64,000 nucleotides of DNA from Callorhinchus milii (GCF_018977255.1 NW_024704749.1:10106001-10170000), one strand, 5' to 3'; positions 24,001 to 39,000 are shown, counted from the stretch's first letter. Notes: generated by a model from the sequence alone, not told the origin. A program made the numbers and translations.

Positions 24001-27000
24001 TTTTGTTCTTCTCTTGAAAGTATACTGGTTTGCACATATAAAGATTACTAAATTCAAGACCAAACAAAATTCTATCCTCAAGAAATATTTTGGACAGGCC
24101 CTAACATTTACCCTGACATTTATTTTTGCAGCCGCCAAGATGGATGAAAGAGTGAGCTTAGCTTAATGTTGTTATATTATTGTATTATAATAATCCCTTT
24201 TTAAAAAAAATTGGTCACTCAATCCACGACTTGTTTCGTGGGCTACTGCTGTGCACAATCGGCTGGCGCGTTTCGCCCACAAAGTACACGGTCAATCCAT
24301 TTTACAGTATATTCTTTGAGACGTGTCAACGACATGATAAAGCGCTGTATCAAGTGCAAGCATTATTAGTATTAAGCAAGTTCAGGGGGTAAATGCTAAC
24401 TGCTGTAAGCGGTTTTCTGTTACATTGGGGAATTGTGCAATTCTGACTTTTGGCTGAACTGTATATGGGGTTAGTGCCTTGTCAAGCTGGTGTTTGGCAA
24501 AGCCTCGGCAATGTAAACATTCCCCTTTGTTGAAAAGGTTTTGGAATTTGTAAAATGCTTTTCTCGTGTGTCATGTCATTATTCAGATTGGATTTTTTTT
24601 GTTTTAAATGGATTCGAAAGAAAGGGATTGGAGTTTTTCATTGTTTTCAGCTCATTTGGTAGTGTAGATAGTGACTGCTGATTGGGTACAGTTTAATGGG
24701 TACTTGCTGCCTTCTAGTACTTCCTTCGCTGCCCCCTTACCCAGTTTACTTATCTATTATTTATGTGTGAGTCTGGACATTGATTGTCAGATGGGGACTG
24801 AATGTCAGGCTTTATCGAAGATGGGTTTTTCGTACTTTGGCCATCTGGAACTTGTTAATTTTTGTGTTTTCAGATATTTTCCTGTGTGAAAGGTGCTATT
24901 CGAATAAAGTTATTGTTTTAGATATGGAACAGCAGAGAATGTTTCTTGGGAGAGTTTGTTGGTTAGTTCGTAATACTAATGGGGGGTGGCATGTCCTTTC
25001 TGAATGTTAAAGAAAAAATTATATGCTGTGGTATGTAGTGAAGGTTTTTAATGGGCGTTGAGGGAACACATTAAGAATGTGTTTGAGCCCGGAGTGGTGT
25101 GTCAATATGTCTGTAAGTCAATAATGTAACCCTATATATGTATATTTTCCAATCTCTGCTGTCCCATCGTGGGGCACTGGTGAGCAGGTGTGGGGTATGT
25201 TTGCACAAGAGGGAGAGGGAGTGCGAGGAAGTGTAATTCTTGGCAAGGTTCAAATTGCCTCTGTCCTAGGGATGGGAATATCAACCAAGTTTTCTGCTCC
25301 TGAAGGCCATTAAAGTAGCTGCAGTGGGGAGCGAGCATTACACAGAACCATAATGAGCCAAATGGCTTTCTCTGTGCTGAAGCTTCTATATTTTGGGCTT
25401 TCACTGATCACCAGATCTCTAACTGAAGGAGATTATCTGGGTGATACTCTGACCCAAGACTATACTCCATTTTCCAGCTTTAAATCTCAGGTTTAAATGG
25501 GTAGATTGGAGCTTCTCCGTCTGTACTGACAAGTAGGTGTACCAAATAATTAAATTTGAGTTGACTACGTGTGCTGGATAAGGATAGGACTTGAGTGGAA
25601 GGGGAGGAATGTTTTGGCTTGTAACCTGACAGGAATCTGAGGTTGTGAGTCAATCAGTTGTTCCAGCAGCTGTTCATGTTGTGTTTGAATCGGAGCAAAT
25701 GATGGATCATCTCGGTAGTTGCTAACTGAGGTTGTGTTTTGGCCTCTTTTTCCTAGAGTCAGTGGGTGAGGGGTGTGGATGTGGCCCACTGAGCTGAAAC
25801 CTTTACAGTGGCTTCATTCCAACACAAGATAGATAGACTGTGGAGTCCTGCAGCTCAGTGGTTAGTGGTTGCAGGTGAGAGACCTGAGTTCAACTCCAGG
25901 CAGAGGGCGAAACCTTGGGCAAGTTTCCTTACTCCACACAGAGCCTAATAATAATCCCTCCAAAACCAAAAATAATAGTTAATTTGGTCATTTTCAATCT
26001 ACAACTGTTTATGGGACATTGCTGTGCGCAATTGGCTGCCGCGTTCGCCCACAAATATACAGTCAATTCACTTTACAGTGTGTTCTGTGAAGCACTTTAT
26101 AATAATGATAATAATCCTTGCATTTGATATAGCGCTTTTCACGTCAGGAGGACGTCCCAAAGCGCTTCACAGAATATACTGTAAAGTGAATTGACTGTAT
26201 ATTTGTGGGCGAACGCGGCAGCCAATTGCGCACAGCAATGTCCCACAAACAGTCGTGGATTGAAAATGACCAATTTATTATTGTTTTTGTTTTTTTTGGA
26301 GGGATTATTATTAGGCTCTGTGTGGAGTAAGGAAACTTGCCCAAGGTTTCGCCCTGACCTGCTTTGGGACGTCCTCCCGACGTGAAAAGCGCTATATCAA
26401 ATGCAAGGATTATTATTATTATTATTATCACTGGTTCTGCAGGAGATTGAGAGCTTCTTGTTAACCATCACGTTCAATGGTACGACAGCTGGTCCTGTAA
26501 GTGGATCTTTGCCTGCGACAATGTGAAAACTGAACTGTCCCTTGTGGAGCTATATACCAAGGGCAACAAGGGAAAGTTAGCCAATTCATTTACATTCCAA
26601 TCCAATTGTGCAATCCTGCAGCATATTGGTTAAAGCACTCGTCTCGCAAGCGAGAGGACCTGGGTTCGATTCCCAATCGGGGCAAAACATTAGGCAAGTT
26701 TCCTTACTCCTCTGTTTACCTGGCAGTAAGCAGACACCCGGTTGTTAGTCGATTTGTAGATCACTTTTGCGGGGATAATAATCCCTTCAGAAAAAAATAA
26801 TAATAATTTGGTCAGGCAATCCATCAAGACTTGTGGGACACGACTGTGCGCAATTGGCTGCTGCGTTTCGCCCACAAAATATATACAGTCAATTCACTTT
26901 ACAGTATATTCTGTGAAGGGCTTTGAGACGTCTCGTGATGAGACGCTATATCAAATGCAAAGATTATTGTTATTATAGCACACTGATTTTTTTTCCCCTC

Positions 27001-30000
27001 AAAACTGGCGGGCAATAGGTTGATGTCTCTTTACTTGTTGTACAGATTACCTGGACAATGGCAATAATAAGATGGCGATACAGCAGGCTGACAAGCTGCT
27101 CAAGAAACACAGAGATCTTCACTGTGCAAAGGTAAGAGAAAGAAATAGCAGTTCTAAATGGAGTGGGGTCTATGACTGATTGCACAGCCCACTGTATAAC
27201 TAGAGTGTAATGCCGTTAACAGGAGTCTATTGTGGAGCCCCGTAGCATAGGGGTTAGCGGATTTGCCTCGCAAGCGAGAGGATCCGGGTTCGTTTCCCAG
27301 GCAGGGCAAAACCCTAGGCAAGTTTCCTTACTCCCTTGTCTCTGTTTACCTAGCAGTAAGTAGGAACCGGTTGTTAGTCCACGACTGTTTGTGGGACAGC
27401 ATTTCAACCACAAGATACACTGTCAATACACTTTACAATATATTCCGTGAAGCGCTTTGAAATTTCTCAACGATGTGATAAGGCACTAAATCAAGGATTA
27501 TTGTAGGAAAACAAAGATCATTTCAGGTTTTCCTAACTTTCCAAAGGATTGAAAATATCGCAGCTTACAGAGCTAGCTCATTGTGCGTTCTGCTCCAACA
27601 GGTTCTGAAGGCCATTGGGCTGCAGCGGACGGGAAAACAGGATGAGGCGTTTTCTCTGGCACAGGAAGTAGCTGCACTCGAACCCACAGATGACAACTCC
27701 TTGCAGGCTCTCACTATCCTGTACCGTGAGATGCACAGACGTAAGTTCTCGGGGGTGGTGGGGTGTTAGGCTAGGGTTAGGTTTAGGCTGGGGGAAGGTT
27801 TAAAGAGGGAAGGGATGACATTGTGTAGGTTTCTGCCTCTGGATGTATAGTATTGTAAACAGTTGGCTGTCCGCAATCCATGACTTCATTTGCTTGTGCC
27901 CCTCTTTTGCAGCTGAGCTGGTCACCAAACTGTATGAGGCTGCAGTGAGAAAAGTCCCGAGCAGTGAGGAGTACCACTCACACCTCTTTATGGCATACGC
28001 TAGGGTTGGAGAATACAAGAAAATGCAACAGGTACAGTTTGCATTGCTTTTTAAACTATTCTTTGAAAATTCAGAGTGAAATGACAGGAGACAACACTAT
28101 TGCCTATCTTGTATTAAGTGTGCAAGGAGCTGTCATCTGTGGATTTGTGTGCACTATATCCTGTGACAGATCAAAATGTCAATTATTTTAATCTTCCCTT
28201 CTGTCCCTCTTCATCCGAGTGACTTATGTGTGCGTTAACAGTCAATTAAAGGCAGGATTGAGTTTGGTTCTCATGCCACCCCTCCAGTTAAGTGGCCAGT
28301 TTATGCTCTCTATTGATGAATATTGAGGAAAGAGCTGCATTCTCTTCTTTTTATAATATATATATAATGTGTGTGTGTAATACATATATAATATATATAA
28401 CACCAGATTTTCAATTTAAAACTCCATCATAACTTCTCGTAATAAGTCCCAAATTTAGATTGAATGTAAGAATTTTCCAAATTTCTTCACAATCTTACAT
28501 TTTCAGATAAAATAATTTTAATGCTGGACTGTGAAGCTTCGCACCTCTGAGTCTGGAATAATTCAGCACACGTTGGAATTCTGTGTCGGAAGGGGTCTTG
28601 GCAATGTCACTGTGCAGTGTTGCGGTTTGTAGTGTGCTATTAGAGACGAGTGAAATGTTCTGCTGTTTTTAGGCTGGCATGGCACTTTACAAGATTGTTC
28701 CGAAGAATCCATATTATTTCTGGTCGGTGATGAGTCTGGTGATGCAGGTAAGCAATGGGTGGAAGCCTTGAACGTGACCTGACAGCCACCACCAACAATG
28801 CTGAATATTGTATACAATCACACCGGAGAGACAAGGTGGTCCAACTGGTGGCCCGCATCAGGCCCCCGGGATGATTTAATCTGGCCCACGGACCATTTCC
28901 AACTTCAACAACAATAACAACAAGATTACATTTGTATAGCGCCCTTTACGTCGGGAGGACGTCCCAAGGCACTGGACTTCATTGCCCTACGAGCAAATAT
29001 AGGCATCACGCAGGCCCTGAACCAATCAGGAAAACGGTCACCAGGGGCCCACGCTATGTTCGACAACAGGACTGATCAATCAGGTTAAGATATTGCGTGT
29101 GGCCCACGGACATGTCCCAAATCCAGTATCCGGCCTTCAGCAGCCAAAAGGTTGGACCACCCTCATATAGGACATTGCAGCATGGAAACCGGCCATTCAG
29201 CCCAACTAGTCCATGCCAGCGTTTATATTCTACATGAGGCTTCACCCCTCTGTTCCCCTCTCCCTTGTGTATGCACCAACAAAATAGCAGTAAGCACAAC
29301 ACACAGTCCTTCACTCTAAAGCAGTTTCTTTTATCAATTGAATCCCATTTGCCAGACAACTCTGCAGATCCCTGTATTGCGGAGGCAGGCAAGCTCCAGT
29401 TAATCTGCATCAGGCAGACCATTTGCTAAGCTGTTGTGCAGCTAAATGGATTCTGTATAATGAGATTAGTTTTGAATAAATGGTTCAAAAATAAATTGAC
29501 CTGGACTCCTCATACACTCTGTACACTAAAATGCCTCTTTGAAGTGCTACAGCTGAGAAACATGACACCACAATCCAATTTATTTACCTCCTCATTGGAA
29601 ATAATTTTAAATAACTGTTCCCTTGTTTTCGCTCTTCCTTGTAATGGGCCAATAACAATTTGCAGTTATACAGCACCTTTCGTGTGAGGTATGGTCTCAG
29701 AGTGCTTAGCAGTGGTGGAGCTTGGCACTGAGCCAGGGAGAGGGGGTGGCGGGTGGCCGTAGGCCGGGTCAAACAGGAAGGTCTTCAGGTCTGATCTGAA
29801 GACAGGAGGGTAGGAGGCAAGCTTCAGAGATTGAGGCAGAGAGATTCATAGTATTGGGGGGGGGGGGGGGTCACAGAGGTCCCTGGAGTGACCTTGTGCC
29901 GGATGTGAGTTCCAGGTATTGTGTAAAAGTGTCTCCGTATAAGTGAATTGCTGCTACAACAAGTATTCCCTTTAGATGTTGTTTCCCATTCAGCCCTGCC

Positions 30001-33000
30001 TGATAAAGCTCTGCCTGTCTGCCTGAATATAGCATTTATTTTAAGAACCAGATCTCTGTAAATGAGTGCTAACTAAGGGTGGAGTTCAAACTTTGCTTTT
30101 CTTGTTTGAGAATCCAGCGTTCCTGTATCATAGCCCTGGGCTCCTTCCTGACTCTCTTCCATTTTAATTATTGTTGTTCGGAAGCTGATGGTCTAATTAC
30201 GACGGGTAGAAATCTGCAAAGCATCTGGCCTGGGATTGGTTCCAAAACTTGTTGCTTGAATGGGTACTGTGTGCCCCAGGTTTTTGTGCAACATTTACAG
30301 ATACAGGAAGCAGGCAAACTCACTGTTAGGTTTCCATCCAGTGGACGTGGCGGTTACTAATCATTAAATAACGTCCACAGTGAGTTTGCCTGCTCCGTGT
30401 ATCTGTACATGTTGCACAAAAACCTGGAGCCAAAGTGTTTGAGCGTATTGTACACAATTTAAAAAAGGGTCTTTGGTGCTGATTTTATACGGAATATGCA
30501 GTATTGATTGATGTGTTCTTGACTGACTAATCTACAACGATTGTTTGGAAATAACTCTTTGTGATTTTCCGCAGTCCATCTCAGAGCAAGATGAAAAACT
30601 ATCAAAGACGATGTTTCTCCCCTTGGCCCAGCGCATGGTGGAAAAGATGGTGAAAGAAGACAAGATTGAGGCGGAAGCTGAGGTAGAGAAATGGAGTTGT
30701 TCGGAGTGGCAACTTGTATTTTTTTGTTACAGATCCAGAATGAATAGAATGGGAGCAGGGGAGAAATCGGCAACAATTCCTTTTCTTTTAACTGGCTCCT
30801 GCGTGAATCTAGGGAGTCTGTTCTTGGAGCTGAACTGGCCCCAAAAGGCACCTCCTCAATTGTTCTCCTTGATTCAAGTCCTAAAGTTGAGGCAGAATCT
30901 CTTCAGGCCTTGAGTGTGAAATGTTGGTGTGTGTGTGTGTGTGGCCCAGGTCCTCCAGGCTGTGTGTCCAATGTGCTGTGTCTTTTGTTGGCAGGTACAG
31001 CTGTATCTAATGATTCTTGAACGACTTAGGAAGGACCAGGAGGCTCTGGAGGTTATTCGCGGAAAGCTGGGAGGTAATTACAAATCCAGAATTTTGACAA
31101 TTCCCTGGAGGATCGTTATTGTATTTCTTCTCTCCCCGGTTAGACTTGTGCTTTGAGATGCCCAGTGTTATCACCAAAAACAACAGCTTGCATTTACTCG
31201 CAGAGAGTAGCATCCCAGATCTTGACAGTGGCAGAGCACGACACCGAGTCGTGAGGGGAGGTGACCGTAAACACGATTGAAGAGAGAGGTCTTCAGGTGT
31301 GACCTGAAGATAGGGAAGGAGGGGCAAGTCGGGGTGATTGAGGGAGAGTGTTCCAGAGTTTTGGGGTGTAGTGGGTGAAAGCGCGGCCACCAATGGTGGA
31401 ACTGAAGGCACAAGGGACAATCAGGAGGCCGCAGCCAGTCAATCGGAGGCAACGGGATTTTCCTATCTCTTGGACGGATGGTTGGATTGAAAGGTTTAGC
31501 ATCGCATTGATTTGCATTGTTTGTCTCCTCAGAGAAACTGACGAGCGAGCTCCAGAGCCGAGAGATGAAGTGCATGGTGCTGTACAAGAAACTGGTCAAG
31601 TGGCCTGAATGCAATTCCCTGTCGAGGAAACTGTTACTGAAAAAGTGAGCAGGTCTTCACTTGTTTAACTGGGAGAGGTATGAGCACTGTAAATACACCC
31701 GAGGGCAGGGGTAGCCTGCTTGTTCCACCGTACAGGTGTATATTGCAGCTGTAAGTATGTTATAACAATGTGATTCTCCATTGTACGCTTGCTGGCAATA
31801 CTCACTGCTGTTCTGTGGTTCTCTTCTAGCCCTGACGACTGGCAGTTTTACTTGTCTTTCTTCGACTCCCTCTTCCACCTGATTGATGAGGGCTGGACTC
31901 CCCCTGCAGAGGGCGAACAGTAAGTACTTTAATAACGCTTCTAAACATTCTCCATCGCGTCCAAATACTGAAGTATAAAAGCAAGAGTGCTTAATGCTCA
32001 AATAGGTCAGTATTTCATGTCTTTGTAGCAGTAAACACTAACTCAGTTCTGAATCACCTCTTTGAAATACTGCCTTACAATATGACACTATTGTTTATTT
32101 AAAAGCTTTTTTAACTGAGCTATAAAACGTGACTATAATTCTTATATCCTTTTGCAATTAGAACCATAAATATTTACAGTACACCAGAAAGCTATTCAGC
32201 CATTGTGTCTGAGTTGGCTCTTTTTGAAAGAGTAATCCTTTCAGTCCCATCTACGTGGCCATTTCCCTGTAATTTACTCCTTATAGTTAATACCGCAACG
32301 CCCAACACTCAAGTCAGATATTGTTGACTGTTTGTTGAGTACGGTACAGGTGGTGAATAACTGTCCTCCACCCTTCGCAGCTCTCTGGAAGGTCCAGTCA
32401 CTTGGGATATACAGGAAGCCATTGCTTTTGTAGAAGAGAGGGTCCTGAACGAGGAGCCAAAGGGATCACGGTGCCTGAGGGGACCGTACTTGGCCAAACT
32501 CGAGCTGATCAGGCGACTGAAACAGAGAGGCACCAATGATGAACATAAACTAGGTGAGTCGTTAACGCCATAGGAGATTAAATCAAGCTTGTTTATTATA
32601 TAGTGACCTTTATTGTTTCTATTATTGCCATGTTGCCACAGACCTTTGGTTGTAACATGGAGACTCAAACCATGAAACTCAAACTCCCATCTTCTGGGAG
32701 GGAGGTGATTAGGTGGAGGTAAAGAGGGTCAACTTGTACTGGAAGGCAACCAGCGTCTGGAGCTGCAGCTTGATCAGCTGGATCGCCCACAAAATACATA
32801 TCCAGTGAAGAGCTTTGAGACGTCTCGACAACATGATAAGAAGCTGTATCAAATGCAAGGATTATGGAATGTTTTTAAATATTGCAGAAAGTTGGGCTGT
32901 GTAAATTTGGTTCTGTGTAGCTCTTGTACCTCCGTGGGCGAGCTCTCATTCTCTCTCTTTCCCTCCTCGCCTGCAGGGATCCCGGAGGATCTGATGTTCC

Positions 33001-36000
33001 ATTATTTTGAACGGTTTGGGGACAGGCCATGCTGTTACTCCGACCTCAGGATCTTCGCCGACCTCCTGTCACCAGAACGGCACACGCAGGTGAGACTAGG
33101 AGGCCTGCAGAATCGCTCCAGTCTGTGACACACGTAGCTCATACACTTGGTGGCCTCAGCATCCAACCAGCATGATCACCCAGGATGTTTTAATTTGCAC
33201 ATAAGCTGGTGTTGAAGCATTGTGTCTACAAGAGTATTTGAGCAGAACTGCGTGCTGAGTATCTGGGACTGCAGCCAACCTCTTGTTTGATTTGGTTTGT
33301 TCTATTTATTAGACTGCCCGAAGATCCTTTTATTTATTGTCAAAAACAATGGACACATTATTGTGGCTGGAGGGAGAGAGAGAGAGAAAGAGGGAGGGAG
33401 CTAGTTTCTCCCATCAGAAAGAGGAACCTGCGAAACTGCTCCTTCATCACTTTCTTTAAAAGGGATTAATTAGACACTTAAAAGGTGAATGTGAAAGGGA
33501 ATGGGGAGCGAGCATTGGGAACAGATTGGTTTGTGTTGGGGGGAGAAACACCAGTGTAACAACACCGCGTCTAGTAAGAGGCGTGTGATATTTTGAACAG
33601 CTCAATCAGATTGTAATTCTCCACCACAAGGTATTATTGAATCAAGAGTCTACGAATCCTTTCAAAGTTGGATTGAATTGAACTGGATAGATGCTGGAAA
33701 GAAATGTTTAAAGGGTGATAGGGAGTAAGCAGGAGAGTACGTTTAGACTGTGTGCAGAAAAGATTAATGGGGAGCAAGCAGGAGAGACTGGATGGCTCAA
33801 GTAGAGAAAAAAGCCTGCGTGTGTCTCTTTGAAAATGCAATCGTGTCATCCCATTCTCCTGCCTTTCCCCGAACTCTGTTCAAAGAAATGTAAGGAAAAG
33901 AGTCGGGGGTGGGGGGAAAGCTTAATTCTCATTTCCTTGTATTCTCTGCAGTTTATTAATAAACTCCTAGAAGTGGTACCTCTGTCAGTACCAGAAGAGG
34001 GCAGCCTCGCACTACCGGCCGACATCAAAGCCATGCAGAGGCACATGTTTGTGATCCAGTTTTCCAGACTGTTGGGTCTTCAGCAGAACATGGATCAGGC
34101 TCAGCGACTGGCACTGGTTCAGGAGCTACTGCACAGATACAAGCATGGCCTGGATTTCGGTGAGTTGCCACTCGCTCCAGAAACCCAAAGCTTTGTACTG
34201 TTCGGCTTTGAGCCGTGCTCCACCCCAGATATCAACGCTCAAAACTAATCCCGGTAGCTCTTCGCTCGAGGTTTATTTCTCGTGCTCCATTCCCTTCCAA
34301 GGCAGCTCCAGTTTGCACGTCGAATTGTTTCCTGATTGAAGTGCTTTTGTTTAACAGGGAAGTCGTGCTTGAAGACTGAGTTGCAGTTCTCTGATAACTA
34401 TTGCCTCTTGGCAGTGCATGTTCTCCTCGATATCTGGAACGAATCAGGTCAGTTGCTTTCTCAATACCGTACCACGATTTATCAGATACTGGTGCCGTGC
34501 TGATTGATCTCGATGCACCTCGTTCGATCAGTTGGCTGCTACATGACATTGTTATGATGCATCTGTGATCTGTTTCCTGTAGGTGAGGAGTGGCCACTTT
34601 GGCGGTCTCTGGCCCTCTTGGAGGAGACCCTCTCCCACAGTCCCTCCAGTGCCCAGTTCAAGCTGCTGCTCATTCGGATCTACTGTCTCCTGGGAACCTT
34701 CGAGCCGGTCGTGGACCTTTACACCAGCCTCGACGCCAAGCACGTGCAGCACGATACCATCGGGTGGGTACTGTAGTAATCTCCAGCTCAGGTGTATCAC
34801 TCGTATCAAATTGGTCACTCACTTCATGGCTGTTTGTGGAACGTTATTATTATTGGCTGCCACGCTCACCTGTAAATCCATAGTCCCTGCACTTTACAAT
34901 AACCCTTTGGGATGTCCTCCCGACGTGAAGGGCATTGTACCAAATGTAAGGACTATTATTATTATCATCCCTAGAACTGGAAATCGCCAAAAAATACACA
35001 TTCACATCGCTTTATAGTAAATCTTATGAAGCTCTTTGAGACATTTCGATGACGTGTCAAGGCTCTATATCCAATGCAAGGATTATTATGGTTGCTGTCG
35101 TTGTTTTGGAGGTGGGCGGAGTGGGTGGATGGAGGGGCGTAGGTGGGTGGTGGCTGTGTGGTGGTCAGAGAAGTCGGTGGTGTCTGTGATTGTGATGAGT
35201 GGCGGCTCTGTTTGATTGGCAGGTACCTGCTGACTCGATATTCGGAGCCACTGGGCCACCTCGCTGCTGCCTCCCAAGCATGTAACTTCACACTCAGGTT
35301 CTTCCACTCTAACCAGAAAGATGTAAGTGTGGCCCAGGCTCGAGGGGCTCAAGAGCTCCACGACCTACCTCTGTGTACATGATCTACAATAGACAACACG
35401 CTGGGTACTTTGTTAAGGCATTGTGACTTATATGTTTTTTTTAAAAATTGTTCCAATTGGGAAGATGGAGAGTTGGAGGTTTAAAATGGTGTTTGTCTTC
35501 TCTTCTTGTGGGTGAATGTGGCTGTGGGGGAGGAAGGGAGGTGGGCTTACCTTGATCACAGTTGTGCGTGGGAACATTTTTCTCTTTCCTTGTGAAAATC
35601 TGTCCCATCTGAGACCAGAGAGCTCAGCGAAGATTAAATGTAGTTTATTTTATCTTACCGGGGTACGTGTGTGTGTGTGACTCCTCTTTCTACTAATCTA
35701 TTGTTAACCATCCCTTGCCCCCCCCCCCAACCACGAGGGAAATAATTGTGGATTAAACAGCCCAATAAATACAACTGAGAAGTAATTTATTTAGTTTTAT
35801 GTTTAATTCATTTTAATTAAACCGAGTCATTAGAATTAACATAATCTTGGAGATCAGCTGGTGCTAAAATCCTCAAATCTGTCCTGGCATCATATGATCT
35901 CTCTCCCCCCACCCACAATTTCACGGCACTGTGTTAAATTAAACTATTATTTTCCTGTAGCCATTTCTCTTTGTAACCGTTGAACACAATACTCCTTCTT

Positions 36001-39000
36001 GATGATGTATTGCTTCTCGTGAGAGCCCTCTAATTGCCGCTGTAATATCCCGCCCCTTGTTTTTCCAGACCTCTGAATATATCATCCAAGCATACAAATA
36101 TGGTGCATTTGAGAAGATTCCGGAGTTCATCGCTTTCCGGAACAGGCTAAACAACTCTCTGCACTTTGCACAAGTCCGCATTGAACGTATGCTGTTAGAC
36201 CTCTTCTTTGAAGCGAATACGTACGTGCAGCTGTACTGTCTGGTATCATAGCTGTGAAACCGCGCTCCATTTCACTGGTTTAAATGTTTACGAGTCTAAT
36301 CACGATCGAGCCACCCAGCCAACCCTCTTACGTGTGAAATTCCATGAGAACACCGCTGTTCTCCATCCTACGTTGTTCAAAGTAGAAAGTGCACTTCTTT
36401 TAAGGCTATTTATATGCCCTCAATTGCTTTCTGGTTATTTTTAGCCCATTCGTTTCTGTTTCCGAGTGGCAGGCTGACCTGCTTTCGTTACCCAGCGGAG
36501 GTGCACTGCACGCTTGGTCTCCACGCTGCGTGTGAGATTCCTTTAGGGAATGTGGTGTAGCGCTGTGGAAGGTACAGGCTACACTTGCAGGGAGAGTAAA
36601 TCCGCTACTTGAGCTGTCTCGTTTATAGTACCAAGAGAATGCGGTCATTCCATCTCTCCATTACCCTGACTGTCCAGTGCACTGTCAACATTGCTAGCCC
36701 CATAAAATGTGTGGTCTGACCACATTGGACAATCTTGACTAAAACTCTGTTGGCATCGGATTCCTTCCTTGCCGTTTAGGAAATGGATGTGCAGTGCTTT
36801 GAGCATCCAACCTGGGAATGGATATACTTGCCCTGGGTTAAAACATGGAAATCCTGTTACAATTTTTGTCCCCTCCCAGGTTATAGCTGGGGGTTATTCT
36901 GTGGACATACACTCATTGGAAGCTTGGCACACCTGGTTTCTAGTCCTGACTAGCCACCGCCTCGCTCGCAAAAAAATTTGCTGTGTGACAGATTATCCCT
37001 GTGAAACTCTCAGGGACATTATCCTACATGAAGGGCTTTAGGTAATTACAAGCTGTTCGCTCCTGTTGGTGACTCTTCCCTATGTTAGAGGATTCCAAAA
37101 GAATCAGAGCTAAACCGGTTAGAGGCGAGAACATTCCTTCCCACATAAGGGAATGTGAAAGCCACGGCCAGCGAAGGCCATCGATGCCGGTTCAATGGGA
37201 TGTTCAAGAAGGAGAGGAATAATTGGAACTACACCAACAAATTACATTTGTACAGCGCCATTCACCTCAGGAGGATGTCTCAAGGCCCTATGAAAAAAAT
37301 ATGAATGGAGGAAAGGGGGAAATTGAAAATGTACATCTAACGATCTAATAACCTGGTGCATTGGGCTGTTCCTATAATGAATGTTAATGACATTCTAGAT
37401 TTGAACTCTATATCAGCTGTCAATCTACAGAATATTCTTTTTATACACTGGGTGTCTATTCAAGCAACTGACTCCGGAACTAAGCATTTTGGTAGCTGTT
37501 AGAAAACAAAAGTGGGATGTTTGTTAAAATGGTTGCTGGCATTTGTTGATATTAGTTTAATTTTATTTAAACCTTTACAATCAGGTGCCATTTCTCCCCC
37601 AATTTAATGCACGTTGTATTTTTCAGAAAGACCTAATCGCTGCACCTTTAGTAATCTCTTTTAACTCTGGCAGAACGAACGGTCTGGAGGAAAGTATAAA
37701 ATCCATGGGTTTATGTCCGGAAGACGATGATATTCCGTGGGATGAACTTCGGGACAACCGGGATTTGACGGTCCACTTTAGCTGGGATCCAAGCGAAAGG
37801 TAAAAAGATGCTTCATGCCACAGCCCCTCCATACCTTCCTGACCTGCTTTCTTCCCCACTCCACTACCCGCTGTCTCCGCTCGGCTGTCTCTGGCCTCCT
37901 GCTCGTCCCTCAGCCCCTCCGCTCCACCGTTGGTGGCTGCGCTCTCAGCCACTACGCCCCGAAGCTTTGGAACGAGTGTTCCAGAGTCTTGGGGTGCAGT
38001 TGGCTTAAAGAGCCTCCGTTGTTCTATAGCATTGTTTTCATATGAAATTTGAACCAGGGAGATGTCCGAGGAGGAGAGGCAGATCTCGATGAAGGAGGAG
38101 ATGACGTGGTTGAGGATTCGCTCGCTCACGCTGCGGCTAGTCGGCACCCTGGCTACCGGCAGCCACGGAGCAGAGACCAAGAATTCCAAAAAGACGGCGG
38201 AGAATGGAGTGGCCTCCCGGACAGACACTCTCCAGCTGTTAATTCAGCAGCTGGAAGGTGCAATACAGACTGGGAAGAAGAGTGTGGGGCAGCCTATTCA
38301 GGTAAGGTACTTGAGTCACAGGCTGGGCTGGCAGCTCCAACGTGGCTGGGTCTGTAAGAATTGTCACTTTATCTGAAATGTTTGCAGAAAGGACTCTTAT
38401 CCTGCGTAAATCTACTGGTAAGATTTAAAAACTAGGAGCAGTTGCTTTGAGAATAACTCCCCCGAGAATAACTCAACCAAATGGGTTGGAAAATCTCTCA
38501 GGAAAGTGGTATCTTGCAAGCATCTCGTGGCATAAACTGTGCCTACAGGGAACTCCCGTGTTCACCCACGAAATACAGTCACTCCACTTTATAGTATATT
38601 CTGTGAAGCGCTTTGAGGCATCTCAATGACAGGATAAATAGCGCTTTATCAAATGCAATAACTATAATAAACGACACCAGCTCACGAGACCTTTCCAACC
38701 CAACATGAATTTTGGCCCTGGCAGGTTTGAGATGTTGTTGAAGAGATTAGTGTGACTTGTGAAGAGACAAGTGCTCCGGGACGCTATCCTGTGTGAGGGC
38801 CGATATATAAATGAAGTTCTTGCTGTGACTAATCTTTGATCCTGTGCCATCCACAGCATCTACTCCAGAGACCTCCTCCAACCCGCCTGTCAGCCTACAT
38901 GGAGAGCGGCAGCTGCCGGTGTCAGATCAGTGCTTTCCACCTGGCTAGCAGCGTGTACGAGCTTGACATCAATGGATTGGGTAAGGACCTTCAGTCTGGT

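Noticed and set aside
37655-37673. U12-like branch motif TCTTTTAAC just upstream of NAA25 exon 17
   Set aside because: The matching donor is GTACGT, not GTATCCTT/ATATCCTT; none of the donors I mapped is U12-type
37623-38228. 201-aa antisense ORF (similarly 39273-39791)
   Set aside because: Antisense shadow of NAA25 exons and intron or L2 sequence, with no recognisable domain
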